The translations under genes were made by a program, and so were the position numbers. From Bryobacterales bacterium (GTDB taxonomy: Bacteria > Acidobacteriota > Terriglobia > Bryobacterales > UBA6623), in NCBI GenBank assembly GCA_965200705.1, contig OZ241376.1, positions 2,367,557-2,431,556 of the forward strand: DNA of 64,000 bases, read 5' to 3'. A model generated the notes under the pieces. That model was not told where the DNA came from and made no database searches. It worked only from the letters and a program-made list of their open reading frames with translations. Shown here piece by piece: positions 39,611 to 50,200 of the stretch (within the stretch, counting starts at the first letter, position 1; each line of letters opens with the position of its first letter).

Positions 39611-41254
39611 GGCGACGACCACGCCCGCCGCGATGGCAAGTCCGTTCAGGTCGACACGGAATCGCTGGTAGAACGCACCCAGCCCTTCGCTCAGGCGCAG
39701 GTCGAAGAGGTGCACGAACAGTAGTTCGCGTCCCTCCGGTGCGACCTCCACCTCCTGGCCCGTGGCCTCGTCCCACCGGGAGACTTGGTCGAGGCGTGCG
39801 TAGAACGGCTCCAGGCGTCGCTTCGGCTCCGGGGGCGTGAGCAAGCTGACCGCGGCTAGGGCGGCGAAGCCGACCAGCATCGAGATGCCGAAGTTTGCGG
39901 CCTCCCACTGCAGCAGCACGCCGTACTGGGTATACGTGAGCCAGAAGAACACGGAGGACGAAAGGACGAGGCTGGCGAGCGCGCCCCAACGGTTGGACCG
40001 CCGCCAGGAGATCGCGCCGAACATGCTGATGCCCATGAAGGCCGCGATGGTCTCGGTGAACAGGAACGCCTGCAGCACGTTGCCCACGAACAGGCCGAAC
40101 ACGACGCCCAGTGCCGTTATGCCGACTCCGGCCAGGCGCCCGGACCACAGATAGTGCCGGTCGCTCCGGTCGCGTGCGATGTAGCGGCCGTAGAAGTTGC
40201 GGGTGAACAGCGCCGCGCTGTCCACCATGAACGCGGATCCAGTGGACATGTTCGCCGCGAGGACACAGGCGATCATCAGGCCGACTCCACCGGGGAAGAG
40301 CAGCTCCCGCGTGGCGTAGCCGAACGCATCCTCTGGGTCGGCGAACACCGCCTCGCCACGTTGGATCAGGAGCGTTGCCACGATGATCCCGACCAGGGCC
40401 CACCCGATCGTGCAGAAGCGCTTAATGAAGTTGCCGCAGGCCATCCCTAGGCGGCATGAGAACTCGTCGCGGCCTGTTCCCACGCTCGCCAGGATGTGTG
40501 GCTGGGCCACAATGCCGATCAGCCCGTTCAGGGTCAGCATCACGATCGTGAAGACGCCAACGTCGCCGGGAGTGACCATCGACAGCATCCCCGGTTCCAG
40601 TGCCTCGCTGATGCCCGTGAATCCGCCCGTCTCGCGCAGTCCGATCGGGATGAGCAGGAAGCTCAGCGCGATGATGAACGCGCTCTGGACGAAGTCGGTG
40701 TAGGCCGCCGAGACCAGCCCGCCGACGAAGCTGTAGAGCAGGAACGTGGCGGTCATGGCGAGCACGACGGTGTTGGCCGAGACGACTTCGCCCGAGGCGA
40801 CGCTGACGAGCTTGCCTGCGCCCTTGAGCATGGCGCCCATGTTGAAGGTGAAGTAGGCCAGCGCGAAGACGCTGTAGACGGCGCCCATCCACTCGCCGTA
40901 GCGGTCTTCGTAGACCTCGCCCGTCGTTGTGCGCCGGAATCGCCGGAATAGCGGCGCAAGGATCCAGTAGAACGGCGTGATGAACAGGTTCTTCCACTGG
41001 TACCAGATGCCCGAGTAGCCGGACTGGTAGACCTTGCCAGCGAGGGAGACGGGCATTTCGGCGTGGGTGCCGACGCCTAATGCCTGGCCAATCACGAGCC
41101 ACGCGTTGAAGCTGCGGTTGCCTAAAAAGTAGTCCGCGGTCTTGCTGACTCGCCGGGCGGCCCAGAGACCGACGGCGACCATCAGCGCGAAGTAAAGGGC
41201 AATGACCGTCCAGTCGACGGTCTGGAGGCTCGTCTCCACGGTCGAACTCGCCAT
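39572..41254 (-). CDS. Sodium:solute symporter (SSS) family transporter
   Basis: MASSTVETSLQTVDWTVIALYFALMVAVGLWA...DYFLGNRS and multiple TM segments. The start at 41254 overlaps the upstream stop (TAATG). The ORF track extension to 41710 overlaps the upstream gene. Confidence 0.85.
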   Translation of the reverse strand: MASSTVETSLQTVDWTVIALYFALMVAVGLWAARRVSKTADYFLGNRSFNAWLVIGQALGVGTHAEMPVSLAGKVYQSGYSGIWYQWKNLFITPFYWILAPLFRRFRRTTTGEVYEDRYGEWMGAVYSVFALAYFTFNMGAMLKGAGKLVSVASGEVVSANTVVLAMTATFLLYSFVGGLVSAAYTDFVQSAFIIALSFLLIPIGLRETGGFTGISEALEPGMLSMVTPGDVGVFTIVMLTLNGLIGIVAQPHILASVGTGRDEFSCRLGMACGNFIKRFCTIGWALVGIIVATLLIQRGEAVFADPEDAFGYATRELLFPGGVGLMIACVLAANMSTGSAFMVDSAALFTRNFYGRYIARDRSDRHYLWSGRLAGVGITALGVVFGLFVGNVLQAFLFTETIAAFMGISMFGAISWRRSNRWGALASLVLSSSVFFWLTYTQYGVLLQWEAANFGISMLVGFAALAAVSLLTPPEPKRRLEPFYARLDQVSRWDEATGQEVEVAPEGRELLFVHLFDLRLSEGLGAFYQRFRVDLNGLAIAAGVVVALIALAKGILLLP

Positions 41255-42621
41255 TATACGGGCGAGTTGCGGGCCGCCAGAGCGTACACACCGTACACGG
41301 CTGCGCTCGTGGCGATCCCCGCTGGTACGGGATCGAGCCAGTGCCACAGCATGCCCGGAGCCCACTGCGCTACCGCGGCTGCTCCCAATGCGGCGCCGAT
41401 CGCGGTCAGAGCCACGCGCTGTCCGGGTCGTTTCCAGTACAGTCCTACGACCAAGGGCACGAACAAAGTGACGGTCAGAAGGCTGTAGAACACGCGCAGC
41501 GCCGCGATCACGGACCGCAGGCGAAGAGCCAGCAGGACTCCCAGGATGCCGCCTACGACCGCTCCCGCGCGGGCCACGGGAAGCAAGCGCCGCTCGCTGA
41601 CCCTGCCCGTCAGGTCCCGGGCGACGGCCGTGCTGATCATGAACAGCACGGCGTCCGCGGAGCTCAGCTCTGCCGAGAGGATCGCTGCCAGCATGAGACC
41701 CCCCAGCCATGCAGGAGCGACCTCTCCAAACAGCTTCACCAGAGCCACTCCCGGGTCGTCCAGCGCAAAAAAATGCGCCCGGGCCGTCATGCCGAGCAGC
41801 ACTGGCAGACAGGCGTAGCCGAGCAGGATCATGGCCTGGATGCCGACGCCCCTGCGGACAGCCTCCTCGTCGCGAGCGCCGTACACCTTCTGCAACACCC
41901 CTGGGGACACGACGAAAGCAGGTGCCAGCAACAGTACGAGGTCGACCGTGTCGCGCACGCCCCCGCCCATCAAGGAAAGCGCACTCGTCCCACTGGCCGC
42001 CGCGGCGAGGGCCGGCCAGCCGCCGGCGCTGCGGATCAACCAGGGCACCGAGACGAGGAACCCCGCCGCCTTGACCGCGACCTGCACAAGATTCACCCGG
42101 GAGGCCGAGCGCAATCCTCCCATGGCGAAATATAGAGTCGCGAGAGTGCCTCCGAGAACGGCGCCCCAGCCTTCTGTCACCCCCGCGCCGACACTAAGCA
42201 CATAGCCGATGGCGATGATCTGGCCAGCGAGGATGGCAGGCGAGCCGACGAGGAGGATGACCGCCGCTACGCGGCTTGTCGTCTTGCCGTAGCGGACTTC
42301 TAGGTAGTCGCCGACCGTGTAGAGGTCTCGTGCGGAGGCCTCTCTCCAGAGGCGAGGGCCGATGGTCGTGGCCAGCAGCAGCGATCCGAGGCCAGCGGAG
42401 CCGACCCACCACCACGCTGGCAGCCCGATGGTGTAGCCCAGCTCGGCGGCACCGACTGTGCTGCCGGCACCAAGGTTTGCGGCGAGGAGAGTCGTGCCGA
42501 GAAGGCCCGCGGACAGGCTGCGGCCCGCTACGAAGAACTCTCCTGGACCCCGGACCCTGCGCGATGCCAAGGCGCCCACTGCCACAAGCAGCAGGCCGTA
42601 GGCGATCAGTAGGAGCACCAC
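41254..42621 (-). CDS. Sodium:solute symporter (SSS) family transporter
   Basis: MVLLLIAYGLLLVAVGALASRRV....FFVAGRSL, polytopic throughout. GTG start. Confidence 0.8.
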   Translation of the reverse strand: MVLLLIAYGLLLVAVGALASRRVRGPGEFFVAGRSLSAGLLGTTLLAANLGAGSTVGAAELGYTIGLPAWWWVGSAGLGSLLLATTIGPRLWREASARDLYTVGDYLEVRYGKTTSRVAAVILLVGSPAILAGQIIAIGYVLSVGAGVTEGWGAVLGGTLATLYFAMGGLRSASRVNLVQVAVKAAGFLVSVPWLIRSAGGWPALAAAASGTSALSLMGGGVRDTVDLVLLLAPAFVVSPGVLQKVYGARDEEAVRRGVGIQAMILLGYACLPVLLGMTARAHFFALDDPGVALVKLFGEVAPAWLGGLMLAAILSAELSSADAVLFMISTAVARDLTGRVSERRLLPVARAGAVVGGILGVLLALRLRSVIAALRVFYSLLTVTLFVPLVVGLYWKRPGQRVALTAIGAALGAAAVAQWAPGMLWHWLDPVPAGIATSAAVYGVYALAARNSPV

Positions 42622-42684
42622 GCCTCGCCGTGGACCGGACCTAGTCGAGCGCAGTCGAAACAGCTTGTTTCGCTCGTGCTGTCT

Positions 42685-42764
42685 TGGCGTCCCCAGCGGG
42701 ATTTGAACCCGCGTTGCCGCCGTGAAAGGGCGGTGTCCTGGGCCGGGCTAGACGATGGGGACGC
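42685..42764 (-). tRNA. tRNA-Glu (anticodon UUC), CCA encoded
   Basis: The reverse complement GCGTCCCCATCGTCTAGCCCGGCCCAGGACACCGCCCTTTCACGGCGGCAACGCGGGTTCAAATCCCGCTGGGGACGCCA folds as a cloverleaf. The anticodon loop is CTTTCAC. Confidence 0.9.
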
Positions 42765-42832
42765 TTGCAACCGGGACGCAGCAACGCATTCCCTGCTCCG
42801 ATGCTAGCATGCCCCGAGCCTGGCAGTGGGTC

Positions 42833-44296
42833 CTAGCGTCTGGCGACCAAGCCCTCTTCGGACACAGGCATCGCTTGGGCGGCGATCATGTCGCCGTCCT
42901 GCAGCCCCGATAGGATCACCGCTTCCGTGTCGTTCATGGAGCCCACCTGCACCGGACGCTGCATGAAGCTTGCTCCCTCCTGCAACCAGACCACAGTGTT
43001 GTCGTCGACCGTGGCGAGAGCAGCCCGCGGGACGACCAGGGCGTTCTCGATCTGCTCTATGATCACGTCGCCGCTGGCTGAGAGGTCTGGCTTGATGCGC
43101 TCGTCCACAGCCTGGATGGCGATCGAGACGGGCACCTGCTTGATCCACTCGCCACGAGTTCCCGAGGATCCCGGAGGACCGCGGCGTCCGCCACTAGAGC
43201 TGCTGTTCACAGCCATGGCGCCAACAGATTGGACCTCTGCGTCGAACACGACATCGGGATAGGCGTCCAGTCGCACCTTGACGGGGGCGCCGATCTTCAC
43301 GAGTTGGCTGTCGGCTTGGTTGAGCTGTGCGTAGACCGCCATGTTGGAAAGATCGACCACGCGCATGAAGAACGACCCGCCGTACACTTGGTCGCCCGGC
43401 GAGGCCTGCTGGAACGAGCCTCGCGAGAACATGGTCTCGATGACGACCAGCCCGCCGACTGGCGTCCGGAGGCGCATCTTGTCCAAGTCTGACTCGGTCC
43501 TCGACATGCGCTTCTGGTCCTGCTCGACGGAGATTTCCAGGCTGCGACGCTCTGCGCGGTCTGCCTCCTCCTGTAGCCTCACCTCGTTCTCGAGCTGCGC
43601 GGTGGACGCACGGCCCTCCTGCGCGGTCAAGTCGAATATCTCTGCCTGTATGGCCGACCGGACCTCTGCCGTCTGCAGGTCCAGCGCGGCCTTCTCGGCC
43701 TCTGCCTTCGTAGTCCGGTAGGTCTGCCGGAGCGTCTCGGTCGCGATCAGAATCTCTGCCTTGCGGGTCCCAGCTAGGGATCGCGTCTGGGCCAGATTAG
43801 AGGCGTAGTCGTCCAGGATGTCCTGGGTTCGCTTCGACTCGAACTCGGCGACCACGTCACCTGCTTCGACTATGGTGCCCGCCTCAGCCAAGGTCTCGAT
43901 GATGAGACCGCCTCCGCCGCCCCGGTCACGACCGCCCTCCATGCGGGGCGCGCGGATCATGGCGAAGTTTGTTGCACCGACCGTGCCCCCAATCCGAATC
44001 GCCCGCGTGAAGGTAGATGTCTCCGCGACCACGGTGGGAACGGATCCGGTCTGCGCGTCGACCACCTCCGTGGTTGTGCCCTGCATTGCGGCGAAGATCG
44101 CGACGCCGGCCACGACGCCGGTCATCGCCAGCAGCCCGACGACCCATCCAGGAAGCTTCGGCGGTTCCTCCTCAGGGTCGGGAACCAGTGCGGGCCCGGT
44201 ACCGGGAGCCGGAGGTGGCAGCGGATCTACTTCCGGTGCCGCAAAGAACCACGGACGAAGCCACTGGGTGTCTGGGTGCGTGGTTGCAATCCACAT
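42833..44296 (-). CDS. HlyD/MacA-family efflux periplasmic adaptor
   Basis: N-terminal TM, biotinyl-lipoyl-like GDVVAEFES, long coiled-coil, beta-barrel C-terminus. No pump gene adjacent. Confidence 0.8.
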   Translation of the reverse strand: MWIATTHPDTQWLRPWFFAAPEVDPLPPPAPGTGPALVPDPEEEPPKLPGWVVGLLAMTGVVAGVAIFAAMQGTTTEVVDAQTGSVPTVVAETSTFTRAIRIGGTVGATNFAMIRAPRMEGGRDRGGGGGLIIETLAEAGTIVEAGDVVAEFESKRTQDILDDYASNLAQTRSLAGTRKAEILIATETLRQTYRTTKAEAEKAALDLQTAEVRSAIQAEIFDLTAQEGRASTAQLENEVRLQEEADRAERRSLEISVEQDQKRMSRTESDLDKMRLRTPVGGLVVIETMFSRGSFQQASPGDQVYGGSFFMRVVDLSNMAVYAQLNQADSQLVKIGAPVKVRLDAYPDVVFDAEVQSVGAMAVNSSSSGGRRGPPGSSGTRGEWIKQVPVSIAIQAVDERIKPDLSASGDVIIEQIENALVVPRAALATVDDNTVVWLQEGASFMQRPVQVGSMNDTEAVILSGLQDGDMIAAQAMPVSEEGLVARR

Positions 44297-44562
44297 AACT
44301 ACTCCTGAACGGTCCGAGCCGCGACAACGTCAAAGACGAAACACGAGCGGAATTGGTTATGACCGCAGGGACGGGAATCTTGTGGTAGAGGCTGCATGCA
44401 AGCGCCTGCCCGCAATTGGACCCCCCGTGTGGGGCCTGGAGGGCGGATTTCGCAATACAATGTGGGCGAGTCCTGCGGCGCGTGTCGCCCGACGGTCGCA
44501 CAGTGCGTGCGGCGAATCCCCACCGTCGGCTTCCTATTGATTGGCGCCCGCTCTAGATTTCC

Positions 44563-46431
44563 ATGGCCAAGGCTGTTCGCCCCCTCACTGTTCGCTTGTG
44601 GTTGCTCCTCGCACTCATTGCGCTTACAGCGTCCAGCGGATGGTCCGCCAGCCAAGGGGATGCCCAGGCGATTGCAAGCTACCTGGAGCATGTCAGGGTC
44701 CTTGCCGATCCGGCGATGGGCGGCAGAGGGGCCGGCATGCCCGGTCTGGAGCAAGCGGCCGGCTACATCGAAAAGCAATTCGAGGATGCGGGCCTGCAGC
44801 CCGCCGGCGTCGACGGTACGTTCATGCAGCCGTTCGAGGTCACGACAGACGCCAGCATGGGCGAGACCAACATCCTGCGCGTCACCCGTGGCGACGGTTC
44901 CGAGGACCTGGAGCTCAACGAGGACTTCATCCCAATCAACTTTTCGGGCAGCGGAGTTGTCGAGGGTGACCTGGCGTTCGTCGGCTACGGCGCGACGGCA
45001 ACCGAGTTCGGCTACGACGACTACTTCCATATGGACGTGCGCGACAAGCTCGTGATCGTGCTTCGATACGAGCCCGACTTCTTCCACGAGTCGGAAGGGG
45101 ATGAGGAGGAGGGCCGGCGGCGGCGCGAGCGGCGCTACACCCGCCACTCGCACCTGATTGCGAAGGCGATCCAGGCACGTCACCGCGGCGCCAAGGCCGT
45201 GCTGCTGGTGGACGCGCGCACGCGGGGCCAGCGCGCGGACCGCCTGATCCGCTTCGGCAGCGTTTCCGGGCCGACGGACGCCGGGATTCCCATGGTCCAG
45301 GTGCACCGTGATGTCGTCGAGAGCTGGCTGCGCGGCTCGGGCAGCTCGCTGCGGTTGCTGGAGCGCGACATCGGGCTCTCGAAGCAGCCCCAGTCGTTCA
45401 CGCTGGGACCGGCGCTGCGCGTGCGGCTCGAGGTCGACGTGCAGCACGAGCGTGCCACCGTGCGGAACGTCGCGGGGTACCTACCTGGTAAGTCCGACCA
45501 GTACCTGGTCCTCGGCGCCCACTACGACCACCTCGGCCTCGGCGGGGAGGGCTCGCTCGCGCCGAGCCAGCACGGCAAAGTGCATCCTGGCGCTGATGAC
45601 AACGCCTCTGGCGTCGCCGCAATCATCGAGCTGGCTCGGCACTACAGCGCCAGTGACACTCAGGCCCGTCTAGGCCTGCTGTTCCTGGCCTTCGCTGCGG
45701 AGGAGATCGGTCTCCTGGGCTCCAGCCACTGGGTCGACAATCCGACGCTGCCGCTCGAGAACGCTGCGGCCATGCTGAACTTCGACATGGTCGGACGGAT
45801 CAAGGACCGGCGGCTCTTCGTCGGCGGCCTGGGCACGGCGGCCGAGCTCGAAGCGATCGTCAAGGGTGCCGCCAAGAATCACGATCTCCGGCTGGACAAG
45901 TCCTCCAGCTCAGCAAGCTCTAGCGACCACACGTCGTTCGCCTCGAAGAATATACCCGTGCTCTTCTTCTTCTCTGGGCTGCATTCGGACTATCACAAGC
46001 CGAGCGACACGGCTGAGAAGATCAACGGCGAGTCCGCAGTGCAGCTGCTCGGCGTTGCCCGGGACGTCATCGGGGAGATCGATGCGCAGCAGCAGCGGAT
46101 GGCCTTCGTCGAGAGTGCACCCAGGGGTCACGGCGGGCGGGACACACCTGGCGGCGGATCCGGCTACGGTCCGTGGTTCGGTTCCGTCCCCGACTTCGGC
46201 GAGGTGCCGAACGGCGTCAAATTCGCCGACATTAGGGTCGATTCCCCGGCGAAGGAGGCAGGCCTGATGGGCGGGGACATCCTGACGCACTGGAATGGTG
46301 ATGCGGTCCAGAACCTGCACGACTTCACCTATGCGCTCCGGGCGTCGGCGGTGGGCGACGTCGTGACGGTGCGCTTTCTGCGCGACGGCAAGGAGATGAC
46401 CGCGGAGGTCACCCTGGCCGAACGCCCCTAG
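44563..46431 (+). CDS. M28-family aminopeptidase with PA domain and C-terminal PDZ domain
   Basis: HYDHLGLGG, GADDNASGVAAIIELAR, FAAEEIGLLGS, SDYHKPSD. PDZ-like GVKFADIRVDSPAKEAGLMGGDIL. Confidence 0.88.
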   Translation: MAKAVRPLTVRLWLLLALIALTASSGWSASQGDAQAIASYLEHVRVLADPAMGGRGAGMPGLEQAAGYIEKQFEDAGLQPAGVDGTFMQPFEVTTDASMGETNILRVTRGDGSEDLELNEDFIPINFSGSGVVEGDLAFVGYGATATEFGYDDYFHMDVRDKLVIVLRYEPDFFHESEGDEEEGRRRRERRYTRHSHLIAKAIQARHRGAKAVLLVDARTRGQRADRLIRFGSVSGPTDAGIPMVQVHRDVVESWLRGSGSSLRLLERDIGLSKQPQSFTLGPALRVRLEVDVQHERATVRNVAGYLPGKSDQYLVLGAHYDHLGLGGEGSLAPSQHGKVHPGADDNASGVAAIIELARHYSASDTQARLGLLFLAFAAEEIGLLGSSHWVDNPTLPLENAAAMLNFDMVGRIKDRRLFVGGLGTAAELEAIVKGAAKNHDLRLDKSSSSASSSDHTSFASKNIPVLFFFSGLHSDYHKPSDTAEKINGESAVQLLGVARDVIGEIDAQQQRMAFVESAPRGHGGRDTPGGGSGYGPWFGSVPDFGEVPNGVKFADIRVDSPAKEAGLMGGDILTHWNGDAVQNLHDFTYALRASAVGDVVTVRFLRDGKEMTAEVTLAERP

Positions 46432-46475
46432 TCGGTCGGTCCGGCGAGCGGTGAGCTGAGCCGGCTCATTCACCA

Positions 46476-47258
46476 ATGCTAGCGACGAGAGCCGCTCCGA
46501 GTCTGCTCTGGCAGCTGGCGGTCAGGGACTTTCGCCGACGGTACGTTGGATCCCTGCTCGGCTGGCTCTGGGGTGTGGTCCATCCTCTGGTCCTGCTGGT
46601 GGTCTACACCTTCCTGTTCCGGTTCGCCTTCCACGCGCGGCTGCCCCAAGAGGAGGCTACCGACAGCTACACGCTGTTCCTCTTGGCGGGCATGGTGCCA
46701 TGGCTACTTTTCTCGGAGACGGTGTCGCGGTCCGCGTCCTCGGTGACCGACCACGCGAGCCTAGTGAAGCGGAGCGTGTTTCCATCCCAGCTTCTGCCTC
46801 CCAGCGTCCTCGTTTCGGCGGGGATCGACCACCTGCTCGCGTTGGCGGTGCTGCTGATCGCGGCGGTTGTTCTGGGCCATGGCGTCGGAGCGTCGCTGTT
46901 CCTTCTGCCGCTTTACGCCCTACCGCTGGGGCTGCTGGCCGTCGGGCTGGGATGGACGTTGGCGGCCCTGCACGTCTACTTCCGCGATACCGCCCAGATT
47001 CTGACCGTGGTCCTAACCGCCTGGTTCTGGGCGACGCCGGTGTTCCTGCCGGAATCCTTCTACCGAGGTCGCGTGGACTTCCTGCTCGAGTGGAACCCTC
47101 TGCGCACTGTCATGCTCGGATATCGCGGGGCGATTCTCGGTGGCCGATTGCCGACGCCCGCGGTGATGGCAGGGCTCGTTGCCGCAAGCCTGTTGGCCTT
47201 TGGTCTGGGGTGGCTGATCTTCCGGCGAGCGAAGCGGGGATTCGCCGATGTCCTCTAG
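46476..47258 (+). CDS. ABC-2 type polysaccharide/O-antigen export permease (Wzm/TagG-like)
   Basis: FRRRYVGSLLGWLWGVVHPLVLLVVY and six TM segments. The stop TAG at 47256 coincides with the junction to IS copy B. Confidence 0.85.
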   Translation: MLATRAAPSLLWQLAVRDFRRRYVGSLLGWLWGVVHPLVLLVVYTFLFRFAFHARLPQEEATDSYTLFLLAGMVPWLLFSETVSRSASSVTDHASLVKRSVFPSQLLPPSVLVSAGIDHLLALAVLLIAAVVLGHGVGASLFLLPLYALPLGLLAVGLGWTLAALHVYFRDTAQILTVVLTAWFWATPVFLPESFYRGRVDFLLEWNPLRTVMLGYRGAILGGRLPTPAVMAGLVAASLLAFGLGWLIFRRAKRGFADVL

Positions 47259-49186
47259 CCCATGTTTGCCACCCCATTTCACAAGTCATTTGCAACGAGC
47301 ACATTGCGGTCGCCGAATCAGGCGTGTGGCACTGCAGTCCGTGCATTTTTCTTTCGTCGTCTGGGCTGGACGACCAGCTTGCGGACCCCGCCCGGCGAGG
47401 CGTCCACGCCCAGCCGCTCGTGGATCGCCCGCTGCCAGGACTCGGCCCGCGTCGCCTTGCGCACGTGCAGCATGCGTCCGTCCGCCTGGCGGAAGACCGC
47501 GGTCACCCGCCGCTGGCCCGCCAGGCGACGGCGCAGCGTCGTCCAGCGGGCCGTCTCCCCGCCCGCCCGCAGGCGCTGCCGGACCACCGGGACCAGCTGG
47601 CAGGCGAGCACCGACAGGCACAGGTGGCCCTCGCCGCGCGCGGGCTTGCGGTGGTGGATCGGACGCAGTCCCAGTTCGCTCTTGAGGGAGCGGAAGACAG
47701 CCTCCAGGTCGGTCAGCGTCACGCAGGTGCGCCACAGCCGCCCGGCGTCCCAGCCGACGCTGCTGGTGCGCAGGCCGTGGACCCCGGGATGGGTCGCCCC
47801 GCTGTCCTCCAGCGGCTGCCGCTTCCAGGCCACCGCCGTCGCGTTGCGGCCCCTGTCGTCCGCCTGCACGTCGATCGCGCAGTGCGGTGCGGCGGACGGA
47901 TGGCGGGCCTGCAGCCGTCCGATGCGCTGCCAGACCTTCTCCACGCGCCTGGTCGTGCCCTGGCGCGACAGGCCCTCGTGCAGCGTCCGCAGAGCCGTCT
48001 CGAGGCGCGCGCCGGCCTGCCCCGCCATCGCCCGCTCCTGCTCCGCCCGCTGCGCGGACGCGCAGCGCAGGCGCGTCTCGCCGTTCCCGTCCGTCGCGGC
48101 GCAGGCCAGCACGCGCTGCCCGCCGGGCGGTGCCGATGGCCACCGCCCGGCTCTCGTCGAAGACGCGCCGCCGCTCGCGCAGCCAGGCGCCGTTCCCCTC
48201 CGTGGCGAGCCCCCTGTCGAGCACGACGGCCGCCTCGGGCGGCGCGTCCAGGGCCGTCAGCATGGCCTGCAGCGTGCCGCCCTCGGCGACGTTGCTGGCC
48301 AGGATCCTGGAGCGGCGCGCGAAGCCGCTGGCGTCCAGCGCCAGGCCCAGCGTGAGCGGTGGACAGTCGTGGCGCTTCTCCCTGGAATGGCCGCGGCGGG
48401 CCAGCGGCTGCCGGTCCGCCGCGCCCTCGAAGCACGTGCTGGTCCGGTCGTGCAGGGTGACGGTGGGCTGCAGGTCGAACAGGTCGGCGGCGCGCTGGAG
48501 GAGACGCGTCTCGATCGTGTCGCGGTGGCGCAGCAGGCGGTCGCTGGCGCGCTGCAGGGCGTTCCGGCCCATGGTTTCGCAGTCGCAGCCAGTGCCACGC
48601 GGCGCGCACGGAGGCCGGCGCGGCCATGCGGCCGACGAGGCTGCCGAGGACGACGGCGCGCTGCGCATCGGACAGGCCCAGCTCCTCGAGCAGGGACGGC
48701 CGACGGGTCGTCGGCGCCGTCGGCCGGGGCCGCCGGGCCCACGGGAGAGACGCCGGCCTGCACCAGCTGGGCGGCGCTGCGCTGGGCCTCGTCCCTCGAC
48801 CGCGGGGCAGCAGGCCCCGAACTCGAGGGACCGCTGGGGGGGGCGAGGATGCGCTCGATGCGGGCGCACAGCGCTGGCCAGTCCTCGCGCGCCAGGGCGA
48901 AGTGACGGCCGAGGTTGCGCAGGGTGCGCTGGCGCACCTTGGAGCCGCAGCGGACGAGGCGGTGGGTGAAGTAGGGCTCCTGGCCCTTGGCGCGGGGTCG
49001 AGTGGGGGTCCGGCGGACGAACAGGCTCCGATGGGAGCAGGCCCTGGGACGGGAGTCAGGGAATTGTAATTTACTATGGCACTGCATTTGGGGTTTCAGG
49101 GGGCTGGCCGTTGAAAACCAACGACTTGCAGCGCAAAACACGCCGAATTCGGCCAAAATCGCTCCTCGCTTGGCGAACTTGGGCTA
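47256..49186 (-). mobile_element. IS4/IS1634-like insertion sequence, copy B (longest copy, still frameshifted)
   Basis: Termini are TAGCCCATGTTTGCCACC and GGCGAACTTGGGCTA. On the minus strand it carries LFVRRTPTRPRAKGQEPYFTHRLV, LHDRTSTCFEGAADRQPLARRGHSREKRHDCPPLTLGLALDASGF and FRSLKSELGLRPIHHRKPARGEGHLCLSVLACQL. There is a frameshift near 48115-48125 and further frame changes and a deletion in the N-terminal third. Confidence 0.8.
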
Positions 49187-50200
49187 GGCGACTGGAGACG
49201 GCGATGTGGACGGATTTGCTTGGAACATGGCGGGCAGCGTGTGCTGGAGGCCGTAGTCCTCTCCGCGTCCGGAACCGCTCGTCGCGGCTTGTAGTCCGTG
49301 GTAAGCTGCGATTGCGATCCGAGGATGTGCTCGTTTCGGCCACGGTCGGGTCCGTTCGCCATCCGCGGGCTGGGGCCCGCAGGACGGCTGCGAAGCAGAG
49401 CCGGTCCCAGGGAGCTTAGGTCTGGGTGGTGTCGAACGTTGCGGGAACAGAACCGGGCATCTGGACGGGTCGCTCAGGTCTGGCCGCGAGGTGGCGTGTC
49501 GACAAGCCCTGCCCAGGGTGTGTCGAGAGCCTGTGCTCCGCTCCCTTGATCCCCGGCTCGGCATGGAGAGTGGACATCGAGTCGGACACCAGCCACAGAA
49601 ACGCACAATGCGACCGATGCCCGATGCCGCGACTTGGAGGGGCCCGTCTGTGAATGGCGTCGGATCCCGCAACCGCTCGTCTTCGTCCGCCCTCGCCAGC
49701 GCCGCCGTCTCACTTGGGCGTGACCTCTGGAGTGCGGCGTTGACAACGCGTGTCCTGATCCCGTTCGCCGAGTAGGGTTGGGACGTCCGGCTATGCGCTG
49801 GTGTCCTGTTGCGGAATGTCGCTGAGATCACGACCGACGTCGGTGCAGCGCGCAGCTGACTTGGCGTCTGTAACGCAGCAGGCAGCCAACCGCCATAGTA
49901 GGAAGCTCATGTTCGCTCGGCAGTCAGTGCGTTGCGCAGTTTGCTCGGCAAGGTAGCAGCGAGCCAGGTCTTGCATCCAAGGCGGCACGTTGCTGCGTAA
50001 TGGTTCACTGAGAGAGAATTCCGAGTGCGCGACCCAGTCACATTGATGTCGGCGCTCGCGGTGAGGAGGCTCGGCGGAACCGAGTGCCAGCCCGGGGCCC
50101 AGCGCAGTTTGGCTGAGCGCGTGTTTGGGCAGAAGCGATGGACTGCGGGCGCTCTGCTCGCCAGCGCCACGGGCTTCTGAGGGGTAGATAGGGGTTTACT

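Noticed and set aside
47256-47258. The idea that the IS insertion truncated the wzm permease gene
   Set aside because: The TAG stop is reconstituted identically with or without the insertion (TA from the target, G from either the IS end or the original GGAGG). The permease coding sequence appears complete.
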